Virus record (IMG/VR): IMGVR_UViG_3300046837_000353
Span: 1 to 64,000 of that record
Length of the DNA: 64,000 nucleotides
From: an uncultured virus (IMG/VR IMGVR_UViG_3300046837_000353)
Lineage: Duplodnaviria; Heunggongvirae; Uroviricota; Caudoviricetes
Reading direction: 5' to 3' (one strand)
Shown piece after piece: positions 1 through 8,636 of this stretch; the stretch's first letter is position 1; every line of letters starts with the position of its first letter. The position numbers and the translations under genes are program-made. Under the pieces are notes generated by a model. It did not search any database. It was not told the origin of the DNA and saw nothing but the letters and a program-made list of their open reading frames with translations.

Positions 1-750
1 CTAGGCAGAGGCGAGATTGCCCTTGCCGTTCTTCCGGCGACGCAGCTTACCCACGACACCCATACCAATAAGCGAGGTGCCAAAGATAATCAGCGAAGCA
101 GGTTCGGGCACCGCTTGCGTAGTGACGATTGATTGGGTACGCCCAACCAACGACGCACCAGCGATCAGCGTACCGGTGGTCCCTTCCGACAGGGAGTAGG
201 GACCGGTGCTGTCGAACACACCTGAAAAGTTCTGCGAGAACGAGTCAGGATCGACCACGGCAGCGTGCGTCAGGGTTGCAAGCAAAGTCCCCGGCAGATC
301 AGTCGGGGTGTCCGCGCCTTGCGTGTTCGCCGCATCACCAAAGAACGTCTCAGTGACGCTGGAGCCGATACCGGATTGGAACGTCCCGGCGCCACTAGCG
401 GTGAACGCCGTGACCGGACCCAAGAAGCTGGTCCCACTCACGGCAAGCTGAATCGAAACCGTACCCGTGTTATTGTTGATCACCTGAAACGAGGAGGTGT
501 TCAACGAGTTTGACGGTCCGATTACCTGAGTCTGTGCTGATCCGAGGAACTGCACACCGGCGATCGTCTGATTGGCAATTTGCAACTGACCAACTGCGTT
601 GTTGGTGTCGCAAGCTGCCTGATCTGCGCAGACGAATGAAGTACCGTTGATGTCTGCGGCGATCTGTAGTGTCGCGTTAGCCGAACCTGCCAACGCCAAC
701 CCACCCGCAAGGATGGTGCTGGCTAAGGCTAGGTTTTTGAGCTTACTCAT
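1..750 (-). CDS. PEP-CTERM sorting-domain surface protein
   Basis: N-terminal signal peptide (..AGSANA), Thr/Ser/Gly/Ala-rich body, C-terminal VPEPASLIIFGTSLIGMGVVGKLRRRK (PEP motif, TM helix, basic tail). Confidence 0.92.
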   Translation of the reverse strand: MSKLKNLALASTILAGGLALAGSANATLQIAADINGTSFVCADQAACDTNNAVGQLQIANQTIAGVQFLGSAQTQVIGPSNSLNTSSFQVINNNTGTVSIQLAVSGTSFLGPVTAFTASGAGTFQSGIGSSVTETFFGDAANTQGADTPTDLPGTLLATLTHAAVVDPDSFSQNFSGVFDSTGPYSLSEGTTGTLIAGASLVGRTQSIVTTQAVPEPASLIIFGTSLIGMGVVGKLRRRKNGKGNLASA

Positions 751-861
751 ATTTACCTCACTTTGCTAGTCTAGCTAGCAGAGCATTGCAATAGCTATGC
801 CACTAGTGTCTTTGTTTGTTTTCAAGAGGTTAGGTGTTCGAAGGGGTGCAAAGTGTAAAGT

Positions 862-1071
862 TTAGGCGACACTTTCATTGTCGGATTTTACACTTTTTAG
901 TGGGTTCTTTGGGCAATTATCAAAGTGCCATCGAGTTAGTACTCCTCGATTGTTCTTATGCCCACAGTGAGGGCATTCACCCATGCCCTTTGATGTAAAG
1001 AACCTCTCGTTAAAACTAATCGATCGTTCAGGTCGTTTATGTAGTGATCTAATCTCAGACGATTTTGTCAT
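862..1071 (-). CDS. Small Zn-ribbon protein resembling the C-terminal module of phage homing endonucleases
   Basis: CPHCGHKNNRGVLTRWHFDNC motif; no nuclease domain present. Confidence 0.55.
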   Translation of the reverse strand: MTKSSEIRSLHKRPERSISFNERFFTSKGMGECPHCGHKNNRGVLTRWHFDNCPKNPLKSVKSDNESVA

Positions 1072-1523
1072 TGTACTTGATCCTTTTCACGAAGCCACGT
1101 AGTAATATGTCGCTTGATGATCTTGGGATTGATATTTGGTGGTTCATCATGTGCCAAGATGAACTTGCCAACCAGCTCAACAGGGTCCGAGTCCACTGGA
1201 GGTAATCCTGTTTCAAGCCAATTCTTGACCAGTGGGAGTATATCAGGTGCAGTTATGATTAGTTCTTTGAATACATCACTAGCTGGGATCGAGTTGGATG
1301 TGGAGGATCCAACCCTTAAAGCCCCATTGTCACCGATATAGTAGTTCTTCTCCCCATCTTTTTGATAGACTGCATAACGTTGTGATCTGGTTTGCTGTTT
1401 TGTATAACCCATCACTTCAAAGCCAGCGATATACTTTTCACGAAGTGTAGTGGGATTACGATGATTAACATGGCGACGTCGGACCGTACGACGCCTAGGA
1501 GTAGTAAATTGTAAAGGCATCAT
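1068..1523 (-). CDS. Hypothetical protein
   Basis: 151-aa ORF with 4-nt overlaps on both sides. Confidence 0.65.
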   Translation of the reverse strand: MMPLQFTTPRRRTVRRRHVNHRNPTTLREKYIAGFEVMGYTKQQTRSQRYAVYQKDGEKNYYIGDNGALRVGSSTSNSIPASDVFKELIITAPDILPLVKNWLETGLPPVDSDPVELVGKFILAHDEPPNINPKIIKRHITTWLREKDQVQ

Positions 1524-1720
1524 GCTTCTCCATCTTTGAATAACCAGGACCTAACTGCGCAATCCTTGGCCTCCAATAGTTTACGAAGGCAAGTGGTCTT
1601 CTCAGGGTTGTTTGGGTATGTGTCAATACCCGCTGCAAACTCCTGAAAGCTTTTGGATACAGGTTGCAGGTGCTCAGGCAGATGTTTGTACTCGAAAAAC
1701 TGCATTAGGTAGTGAGGCAT
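1520..1720 (-). CDS. Conserved small phage helical-hairpin protein (possibly Acb2/Tad1-like)
   Basis: GGAGG RBS; FFEYKHLPEHLQPVSKSF...PEKTTCLRKLLEAKDCAVR is a recognisable phage family pattern; function is inferred. Confidence 0.65.
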   Translation of the reverse strand: MPHYLMQFFEYKHLPEHLQPVSKSFQEFAAGIDTYPNNPEKTTCLRKLLEAKDCAVRSWLFKDGEA

Positions 1721-1748
1721 TGCGACCTCCTGCAAGTATCAACACAGC

Positions 1749-1784
1749 ATTTAGGCCGGATTGGAAACACCATCCGGCCTAAAT
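1749..1784. terminator. Hairpin or terminator
   Basis: Perfect 13-bp inverted repeat ATTTAGGCCGGAT...ATCCGGCCTAAAT just after the XRE gene stop. Confidence 0.6.
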
Positions 1785-1785
1785 C

Positions 1786-2109
1786 TTAGGCTACTTGTTC
1801 TAGGTCCCCTCGAACATAACGAGGGACTGGAACAGGGCTTCCCCTAGTAAATTTTGCCGTCGCAAGACGCTCAAATTTTCGTAGAAAGGTCAGGTGTTGC
1901 TCGCTTTCCTGGGTTAGGTACCGAACAATCGGCTGACGCATTCTAGCCGGTAGCTTACCGATCCAATAGGTGTCGAAGGTTCGTTTGGAATTCTCTAGGC
2001 GGTTGTAAGTCCATAGGGAGATTCCAAGTGAATCAGCAACCTCTGTTTGCGTCAGTTCAGCGTTCATGCGCGCCTCGCGCAGTACACGACCAATGTTTCT
2101 GTCCATCAT
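1786..2109 (-). CDS. XRE/Cro-C1 family HTH transcriptional regulator
   Basis: IGRVLREARMNAELTQTEVADSLGISLWTYNRLENSKR. Confidence 0.88.
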   Translation of the reverse strand: MMDRNIGRVLREARMNAELTQTEVADSLGISLWTYNRLENSKRTFDTYWIGKLPARMRQPIVRYLTQESEQHLTFLRKFERLATAKFTRGSPVPVPRYVRGDLEQVA

Positions 2110-2159
2110 TGCACCAATCCTGTGAGGCTCACTTGCCTACGTGTTATAAATAAGCATTT

Positions 2160-2175
2160 TTGCGTCGATTTGCAA
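2160..2175 (-). promoter_or_regulatory. TTGC-N8-GCAA promoter/operator upstream of the XRE gene
   Basis: Minus strand CTTGCAAATCGACGCAAAAATGCTTATTTAT. Confidence 0.7.
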
Positions 2176-2333
2176 GAACAGAAAGTGCGGCAGACGATAT
2201 CGTTTCCGTGTAACGAACAACCCCTGGTTCCTACACTGGGGCTGGAAGGAGGACGGACGATATCTTGTAGGACAAGCTGGCATTACTACCAGGCTTCATC
2301 CGCTCACCCGATGGAGATCCTCCTTCACCGTAA

Positions 2334-2651
2334 CTAATGGAGCATGTGACTGGTTGGGCTGAGAGGACGCACCGCATGACCCAAACGTTTCTTTTGCACG
2401 TTCTTTGGTACCAACTTTAGTCCGTTAGTCCGTTCAACGATGTCCCTGGGCTCATTGGCCGGTACGACTCGATAGACCATATGGGCGCCCGCTGCCCGAA
2501 GACGTCCGCGCTCGTAGTGACGCTGTGACACCTGGTCCCAGTTCTTTTCGTACTCGGGCGGGTAAGGGCGCTGGGCCAGATAGTCCTGCCATCCACGTGC
2601 GCTGTACCCGTTGGGCCTAACCTTTGGTAGGTGATTCGCATTCGAGCTCAT
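2334..2651 (-). CDS. Hypothetical early protein
   Basis: Start reassigned to the ATG behind cassette leader GTCAGTAAGGAGA. Confidence 0.7.
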   Translation of the reverse strand: MSSNANHLPKVRPNGYSARGWQDYLAQRPYPPEYEKNWDQVSQRHYERGRLRAAGAHMVYRVVPANEPRDIVERTNGLKLVPKNVQKKRLGHAVRPLSPTSHMLH

Positions 2652-2657
2652 ATGGGT

Positions 2658-2705
2658 TCTCCTTACTGACCCCTTAAATATAAGCGGTTTGCGATGAATT
2701 GCAAG
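2658..2705 (-). promoter_or_regulatory. Repeated promoter-operator-leader cassette
   Basis: CTTGCAATTCATCGCAAACCGCTTATATT...GTCAGTAAGGAGA. Confidence 0.85.
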
Positions 2706-2908
2706 CTTTAATTTGATCTCAGAGTGGGCAGCTTTAGCGGCATCGGCTTCAACGGGTTTCCCCTCCATCTATCCGCTTGACGACGTGCTGCCCGACGCCG
2801 GGAATTAACCCATGCCTAGGGCTTTTTTGCGGGTAGCCGTCCCGCTTCTCATCATGAGGGTTGCATCCTCACTAGCCGGGAGCTACCCCGGCTCGTCGGT
2901 AAGTCCAT

Positions 2909-3409
2909 TTAGGTGGCCATCAGTTCACGAGCAGCAGGACCGTCCTTCCGCCGCCTGCGCCGGCGCTTCAGAAAGGACGTCTGATCCTTCTCGTTCCAGG
3001 ACCGAATGAGTGCCATGTCCAGATAGTCCAGATCGAGACCAAAGTCCTCATAGCCCTGTGCGATCACGTCCAGATAGTGCTGCCCAGGAGGCTGAACACC
3101 ACCGTGGCACATCTGATACACCAGGACATCGGCAACCTTACCGGTCTTGACCATCTTGACCTTGATGTAGATCTTCTCATAGAGACCTCCACCAACGCCC
3201 TCATACATGTCAAGCTCTTTTTCACACTCCCTGGTGATCTTCCAAAGACCACCGGGGCAGCTTTCCTTGCGGTCGTACTCGATATCGGCTACACCGCGAA
3301 ACACCAGGCGTGAGTGGGTGAGATGAAACGAGCCCAGCTTCTTGGCCTTGGGGCATCTGCGCTTCATCGCCTCGACACAGAGATTGCTTCCATAGGCGAA
3401 ATACAACAT
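2909..3409 (-). CDS. Gamma-glutamylcyclotransferase (GGCT/AIG2-like) family protein
   Basis: MLYFAYGSNL..M..RCP, LDMYEG, P...YL..I..GY motifs; start sits behind the cassette RBS. Confidence 0.9.
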   Translation of the reverse strand: MLYFAYGSNLCVEAMKRRCPKAKKLGSFHLTHSRLVFRGVADIEYDRKESCPGGLWKITRECEKELDMYEGVGGGLYEKIYIKVKMVKTGKVADVLVYQMCHGGVQPPGQHYLDVIAQGYEDFGLDLDYLDMALIRSWNEKDQTSFLKRRRRRRKDGPAARELMAT

Positions 3410-3416
3410 GTCGGAA

Positions 3417-3466
3417 TCTCCTTGCTGACTCCCTATATATATAAGCGCTTTGCGATGAATTGCAAG
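3417..3466 (-). promoter_or_regulatory. Repeated promoter-operator-leader cassette
   Basis: CTTGCAATTCATCGCAAAGCGCTTATATAT...GTCAGCAAGGAGA. Confidence 0.85.
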
Positions 3467-3474
3467 CCCCCGCA

Positions 3475-3756
3475 TCAAAAGATTTCGTCCTTGAGTCTGG
3501 GGTTGAGGCGATCCACACCGGGACCCTTGTGCTTGATCCACGGACCCGGCGGGTCGCCCTGACCGTCCCAAACTAACGTAGCAAGGAACGCCTCGTGGCG
3601 GAGTTCGTAGCAATATCGACTGCTATAACCGGTCTCATCCAGACCTGTGAACAGACCAGTGGTAAAGTTCATATTCATCAGGCCGATCCACCTGCCGTCC
3701 TTGAGCTGTCGAACGTTTGTGTAGCCCTCTGATAGGAGCAGCTCTTCGGTGGTCAT
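3475..3756 (-). CDS. Conserved hypothetical phage protein
   Basis: FTTGL..GLDETGY..RYCY...WDG.GDPPGPWIKHKG; coupled to the upstream ORF. Confidence 0.7.
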   Translation of the reverse strand: MTTEELLLSEGYTNVRQLKDGRWIGLMNMNFTTGLFTGLDETGYSSRYCYELRHEAFLATLVWDGQGDPPGPWIKHKGPGVDRLNPRLKDEIF

Positions 3757-3884
3757 GATCGATCCTGAATGATGTGAATGACGATGGGTGCACGCGGCAT
3801 TGAGCCGAGTTGGTACCCCAATAGTCCACACGCTGCGATGAATGTGATTAGTATCACCGCAAGAATAACTTCAGACCAGTGCAT
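3753..3884 (-). CDS. Small single-TM membrane protein
   Basis: MHWSEVILAVILITFIAACGLLGYQLG; fits tightly between neighbouring genes. Confidence 0.5.
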   Translation of the reverse strand: MHWSEVILAVILITFIAACGLLGYQLGSMPRAPIVIHIIQDRS

Positions 3885-3885
3885 G

Positions 3886-4194
3886 TTAATCCATTCGACA
3901 AACTTCGAACTCACCACCGGGCTGCACAATGGCAACCCATGAATGATTGTAGAAGCGGATCAACTCATTCCGAAGAATGGTCTCGGCTAGCAGTTTAACC
4001 GGTGGGTCGCCTGGGTACTGCAGGTCACCATTGGCCAGCATGGTGAACCCCTGGAAAGGGACCCACCCGCCACCGTGACCATAGGACCGATCGAACTGCT
4101 CCCGCGCGGGCATAGGATTGCCCTCGTTGAGAAACAGTGGGATGTATCCGAGCATCTCGATCGTTGCCTGTGGGTGCTTCATCGTCCAGATCAT
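3886..4194 (-). CDS. Conserved hypothetical phage protein
   Basis: GGAG RBS; Y.HGGGW.PF...LQYPGDPP...RMD. Confidence 0.7.
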   Translation of the reverse strand: MIWTMKHPQATIEMLGYIPLFLNEGNPMPAREQFDRSYGHGGGWVPFQGFTMLANGDLQYPGDPPVKLLAETILRNELIRFYNHSWVAIVQPGGEFEVCRMD

Positions 4195-4314
4195 CGGTTT
4201 CTCCAGTTATTAGATCCGTGCGCCGTTGCCGTGTGGTGTTGCTGCGCAGTATTTCGCCACCGTGTAAGGTGCGCCTTGGCGCACGGCTTGGCGTCGTGCA
4301 TGTGGGTCATTGGG

Positions 4315-4548
4315 TCATCCTGGGCCATTGCTTGACATCCGTTCTATCAGTTCATCGGCGCAGTCGAGCCAATCGGTATGCATCTCGGGGTAAGCTCCCT
4401 CTTCACCCACCTGATCCCATGGACGGCTCGTCCGCATCTCGAACATGTCGTACAAGTGTCGGGCGAGGCGCTCGCGGAACTGGCTGTTCGACAGGGCCCG
4501 ATGCCAGCCTGGATTGCGGTCGAGCCATTGTTTGATGGTGGGCTGCAT
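4315..4548 (-). CDS. Hypothetical protein
   Basis: AAGGAG RBS before MQPTIK. Confidence 0.6.
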   Translation of the reverse strand: MQPTIKQWLDRNPGWHRALSNSQFRERLARHLYDMFEMRTSRPWDQVGEEGAYPEMHTDWLDCADELIERMSSNGPG

Positions 4549-4572
4549 TGTGATTACTCCTTGTAAGTCCAT

Positions 4573-4809
4573 TCAGTGCGTGGTTTCGGTTTCGTCAACC
4601 AGCAGGCCGATCCGAACGAGGTCGGCAACGAAATCTTCTGCGCTGCCGCACCGCACCCGCTTGCCCGTTTGTAGCAAGACTCTGCCTTGGGTCTCTTTCA
4701 TAAACTTGCGATCGTTATCTGATTGCGTGAAAGAAATCTTGTGCAGTTCTTTCACAATACCCTCTGGGGTCGTTGCCCCCAGAGGTTGTCCATCATTGGT
4801 CCGGTACAT
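4573..4809 (-). CDS. Hypothetical protein directly downstream of the amidoligase
   Basis: GGAG RBS, 78 aa. Confidence 0.65.
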   Translation of the reverse strand: MYRTNDGQPLGATTPEGIVKELHKISFTQSDNDRKFMKETQGRVLLQTGKRVRCGSAEDFVADLVRIGLLVDETETTH

Positions 4810-4815
4810 AGCTGC

Positions 4816-6030
4816 TTATCTCCTCTCGGTGATGACACGATTGAGTTGAGCTACCCGCGCCTGCAGGAAAGCCAACTCGTTCGCAGGGATATTAACCGTA
4901 TTTGCAAAATTCTGCAAGGAATCATCTCCCTCGGGCTGCAAACCTTTCACGGCCGCGTCGTAGATGCGCAAGCAAACCCGTACCCAATGCTCTGCTTTGT
5001 CGGCATCGACCGTGCCCTGGTGCTGCCTGAACTCGACCGTTGTGTGTCGCCAGAAGGCTGCGAGATTAACCTTGAGGAACCGCTCAAGTCTATTCTCCAT
5101 TTGTGCGGGATAGCTTGGCATGATGTTTAACAAGCTACCCGCATATGCCAGCGCCAGCTCGTCTATATTGGTGGCGGCTGCAATTAGAAGCGACCTGGCA
5201 CCATCTTCCACCCGCGCTTTGGTCGAGCGGCAATAACTATTGTTATTTGCACGGCGCGTCTGGGAAGTGATAGAGTCAATTGCGCCTTCATAGTGACCAT
5301 AAAGCTTGATCAGATTGCGGAAGAAGTTAACATCTCGGCCTTCTGCGCCGATATGCACGTGAAAGCCTGCCTGGCGGCGAACTGTGCAGCCCTTTTCTTC
5401 CAGAAACTTCATCATCTTACGCATCTGCTGGATGCCCTCGCTGCCTTGCAGCACTGGGGACACCACTTCAATGCCATTTCTACGATCACCAAGCGAACCG
5501 TCCTGCGTGATCTTCCACACATTAGGCCGGACGGGATCACGATAATAACCAATCACTGCTTGAAAGCCTGCGCTGATCATGTCAGCCATAAGGCTGCGTT
5601 GACCCATATTCCGGGGCATGTAGCATTCGATCTCAACGCCGAATGTGTAATCGGTGAGGTCGGCGTCAAGCGCGGTGCTGAGTGCCACAATTGCTGTGCT
5701 GGTGTGAGGCGCCCGTGGACCGCGAGGCGTCACTGTGCCTTCGGTCAACAGCACTTCCGGGAGCTGCTCCAGCAGGCTGGGCATCGGTAAGCGTTCAATC
5801 AGCCAGGTCCGATTTGTGTTTATCACCCGCTGGCGCAAGGCCAGCAAGCGAACGGCCCGCCACCGAACTGAGGTCCAATTGTTGGTCCACTGATTGGTGT
5901 TCCACTGGGACACGCCACTCAGATGATGGCGTACCTGTGTTGCGATGGTCCGATACTCATTGTGGATCTGCTCGTCCCACCAGGCCGGACCTTGGCCATT
6001 GATTGTGGGGGGTAGATTAATGCGAGGCAT
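4816..6030 (-). CDS. Putative amidoligase (COOH-NH2 ligase, Amidoligase_2-like)
   Basis: TFGVEIEC, WKITQDGSL, GIEVVSPVL, GFHVHIG, TVEFRQHQGT. Confidence 0.88.
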   Translation of the reverse strand: MPRINLPPTINGQGPAWWDEQIHNEYRTIATQVRHHLSGVSQWNTNQWTNNWTSVRWRAVRLLALRQRVINTNRTWLIERLPMPSLLEQLPEVLLTEGTVTPRGPRAPHTSTAIVALSTALDADLTDYTFGVEIECYMPRNMGQRSLMADMISAGFQAVIGYYRDPVRPNVWKITQDGSLGDRRNGIEVVSPVLQGSEGIQQMRKMMKFLEEKGCTVRRQAGFHVHIGAEGRDVNFFRNLIKLYGHYEGAIDSITSQTRRANNNSYCRSTKARVEDGARSLLIAAATNIDELALAYAGSLLNIMPSYPAQMENRLERFLKVNLAAFWRHTTVEFRQHQGTVDADKAEHWVRVCLRIYDAAVKGLQPEGDDSLQNFANTVNIPANELAFLQARVAQLNRVITERR

Positions 6031-6037
6031 GAGCTTG

Positions 6038-6086
6038 TCTCCGTTCTGACAAAGCTATATATAAGCTTTTTGCAGCACATTGCAAG
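6038..6086 (-). promoter_or_regulatory. Repeated promoter-operator-leader cassette
   Basis: CTTGCAATGTGCTGCAAAAAGCTTATATAT...GTCAGAACGGAGA. Confidence 0.85.
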
Positions 6087-6418
6087 CTATCATGCAAAAT
6101 GATTTGAATTCTTTTATTGAGCGTTGTCAAAGGCTTACGATGGGTTTATGGACGAATTTCGGGCGACTGTACGGCACCGGAAGTGGGGGTTTCGGACCCT
6201 TCGAGTACATAGCAGTGGGATACGAATACCGCGCTCCACGAGCCTTGAGGCCGGCCTTTGTGAAACGACCCTTGAATGGACTTACGCGGCCGAAAACGTA
6301 ACGAATCACTAGGACGGTGAGGCCGATCACGTTCAGACCGACCCACACCGCCAGAACTATTCCAGCGGTTAGCACCCCTAACCCCCCACCCTTGAATTGA
6401 ACCCAAAAAGTAGCAGCG

Positions 6419-6520
6419 TATTGCAATGCGGTGCAATAGCTAATTTCGCAGGTCAGGTATGCAAGTTTGCATATTGCAATGCGGTGCAATATCGCTTACA
6501 TTTCCTGAGTCAGATGGAGA
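6419..6520 (+). promoter_or_regulatory. Duplicated TTGC-N8-GCAA site plus cassette leader
   Basis: TATTGCAATGCGGTGCAATA at 6419 and 6472, then GTCAGATGGAGA before ATG 6527. Confidence 0.75.
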
Positions 6521-6526
6521 ATTTTT

Positions 6527-6724
6527 ATGAAGCTCTGGATTTTGACTTTCGCCCTTGACGACGACCACTTCGTTGGGACTTTCTCCACCGAGGAGAAGGC
6601 GCAGGCAGCATCAGCTGCCTTTTCCAAGGATGCCGAGCAGGCAACGATGTGGATATCGATTGTCCCGGTCGAACTTGATAACGACGATCTGGTCGATATT
6701 GAATTGTGCGGTACGGGCGACTAG
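6527..6724 (+). CDS. Small acidic hypothetical phage protein
   Basis: VGTFSTEEKAQAA pattern; behind a cassette. Confidence 0.65.
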   Translation: MKLWILTFALDDDHFVGTFSTEEKAQAASAAFSKDAEQATMWISIVPVELDNDDLVDIELCGTGD

Positions 6725-6726
6725 AC

Positions 6727-6909
6727 ATGAGTTACCTCGTTGGACGACTGATCAACGAATACCAGATTCACGCATTCTACTACTGCCAGACCCTGGAAGA
6801 AGCAAAGTCTGTCTGTGCAGTTGAATGGGTTGGTCAACACAATATCTGGAGCGGCAAGGATTATGATGACGATACGATATACGTCATCATAAAGCGGACT
6901 CCAAATTAA
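6727..6909 (+). CDS. Hypothetical protein
   Basis: ATG 2 nt after the preceding stop. Confidence 0.5.
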   Translation: MSYLVGRLINEYQIHAFYYCQTLEEAKSVCAVEWVGQHNIWSGKDYDDDTIYVIIKRTPN

Positions 6910-6968
6910 ATCTCGTCTGAATGCTTATTTCCTTTTGCAGTTTTGTGCAAAGCCTATAAGCTTGCAAT

Positions 6969-7295
6969 ATGCCCGTCAGCAAGCAAACACCGCTAACAGC
7001 TCAAGCGACTCACGAGCATAATTTTGAGCAGTCTTACGCTGACTGGGAAGCCTCGGTGTTTGATAGGGCTGCTTACTTTGCAGTGATCGAGCTGCGCTAT
7101 GGTGGGCGTGGCCAGCAAAGATACACAAAGTGGACGGTTCTCCCCTGGGCACTGCGCTATGCGCGGGAACATGTGGAGACCGGTCCCTGTGTGTATGCCG
7201 TAGTAGAGTCTGGAAGGTTTACAGTTCTCGACCGCGAAAAGTGGGATGATTGGGAAACACGTTGGCGTCGGTCTAGAGAACACATCAAAGCCTGA
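6969..7295 (+). CDS. Hypothetical protein
   Basis: 108-aa ORF downstream of TTGC-N8-GCAA at 6935-6950. Confidence 0.6.
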   Translation: MPVSKQTPLTAQATHEHNFEQSYADWEASVFDRAAYFAVIELRYGGRGQQRYTKWTVLPWALRYAREHVETGPCVYAVVESGRFTVLDREKWDDWETRWRRSREHIKA

Positions 7296-7299
7296 CTGA

Positions 7300-8634
7300 A
7301 TGGAGTTATTCCCTTACCAGCGGAAGGGGGTAACTTTTCTAGAACGCAGAAAAGGTCGCGCTCTAATTGCCGACGAGATGGGACTGGGAAAGACAGTCCA
7401 AGTATTAGGTTGGTTGCAGCATCGACGGTCGTATAGACCTACAATCATAATCTGTCCTACGTCTGTCAGATTACACTGGCAATCACTTATTCGCTTAATG
7501 TTGCACGAAGAGTGTTATCTGCCTTATTCTCAAACGGCTGCGGGTATAGGGTATGAAAATCAATCTTTCATTATCATTCATTACAGTATTGTACCTTTCT
7601 GGGTTGACTGGTTAAGAGCTCTAAAACCAAAGGTTATCGTGGTGGATGAAGCTCAGGCTATAAAGACCAACAATACAAAACGCACCAACGCTGTAAAGGC
7701 TTTGGCTCGTAAAGTCCCGCATGTTATTGGCTTGACTGGTACTCCGATCGTTAATCGACCAAGCGAAGCATTCAACATTTTGCAGATAATTGATCGCAAA
7801 ACCTTTCCCAATCAACGAAAGTATGCTGAGCGATATTGTGATCGTAAGCTGACATACTGGGGTTGGGATGAGTCTGGTGCAATCAACATTCCTGAACTCC
7901 ATGAGCTCTTATCTTCGGTTATGTTGCGCAGGCGCAAGGTGGATGTATTAAAGAGTCTACCACCAAAGATACGCAGCTTCGTCCCACTTGAGTTGACCAA
8001 TCGTAAGGAATACACCGCAGCTGAAAAGGACTTTATTGGCTATGTAAGGGAAACAGAGGGTAAGGAGGCAGCGAAAAAAGCAAACAAGGCTGCGGCACTT
8101 ACAAAGGTTACTTTTCTGCGTTTGTTAGCAGCTCGAGGTAAACTAGAACAGGCAATTGATTGGATTGCTAATACAATAGAGGAACAGAAGCTAGTTGTTT
8201 TTGCAGTCCATCGTGAAATTCTTGACCCTGTTTTTAACGCATTTCGTAAAGTTGCTGTACGAGTTGATGGTAGTGTAAATGAAGCCGAGCGTGGTCGTGC
8301 TATTGATCGGTTTCAGAAGGATCCAAAGTGCAGGTTATTCGTTGGACAAACACAAGCAGCAGGTACCGGAATAACACTGACCGCAGCGAGTAATGTTGCA
8401 TTTCTGGAACTGCCGTGGACTCCGGGGGACTTGTTGCAATGTGAAGATAGGTGTCATAGGATTGGTCAGGTCAATTCAGTGACAATACATTATCTTCTAG
8501 CAGCAAACACAATAGATGAAAAGATGGCGGATCTGATAGACAGGAAGCGTAGAATTTTAGACTCCGTGCATGATGGGGAAACCTTCCCATCAATCTTAGC
8601 TGAGTTGTTAAACCATTACAATAAACGGGGGTAA
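7300..8634 (+). CDS. SNF2-family (SMARCAL1/HARP-like) helicase/annealing ATPase
   Basis: ADEMGLGKT, DEAQ, LTGTP..NRP, AAGTGITLTAA, QCEDRCHRIGQ. Confidence 0.93.
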   Translation: MELFPYQRKGVTFLERRKGRALIADEMGLGKTVQVLGWLQHRRSYRPTIIICPTSVRLHWQSLIRLMLHEECYLPYSQTAAGIGYENQSFIIIHYSIVPFWVDWLRALKPKVIVVDEAQAIKTNNTKRTNAVKALARKVPHVIGLTGTPIVNRPSEAFNILQIIDRKTFPNQRKYAERYCDRKLTYWGWDESGAINIPELHELLSSVMLRRRKVDVLKSLPPKIRSFVPLELTNRKEYTAAEKDFIGYVRETEGKEAAKKANKAAALTKVTFLRLLAARGKLEQAIDWIANTIEEQKLVVFAVHREILDPVFNAFRKVAVRVDGSVNEAERGRAIDRFQKDPKCRLFVGQTQAAGTGITLTAASNVAFLELPWTPGDLLQCEDRCHRIGQVNSVTIHYLLAANTIDEKMADLIDRKRRILDSVHDGETFPSILAELLNHYNKRG

Positions 8635-8636
8635 CT

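Noticed and set aside
862..1071. Active homing endonuclease (also the NUMOD3 ORF at 27526)
   Set aside because: Only accessory DNA-binding or Zn motifs are present; no HNH or GIY-YIG catalytic domain.
2652..2768. Long N-terminal extensions given by the ORF track (also at 3613, 15878, 21747, 54961, 57314, 62705)
   Set aside because: They run through the promoter cassette (giving recurring AIHRKALIY/AKCLY pseudo-peptides); true starts lie after the cassette.
2828..2895. Three-hairpin array as a hammerhead ribozyme
   Set aside because: Minus strand has ATGATGAG but lacks a proper CUGANGA...GAAA core; likely terminator or stability hairpins.
6127..6489. Minus-strand ORF with a TM-like segment
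   Set aside because: Begins inside the duplicated operator and overlaps the repeated noncoding element; coding status is unsupported.
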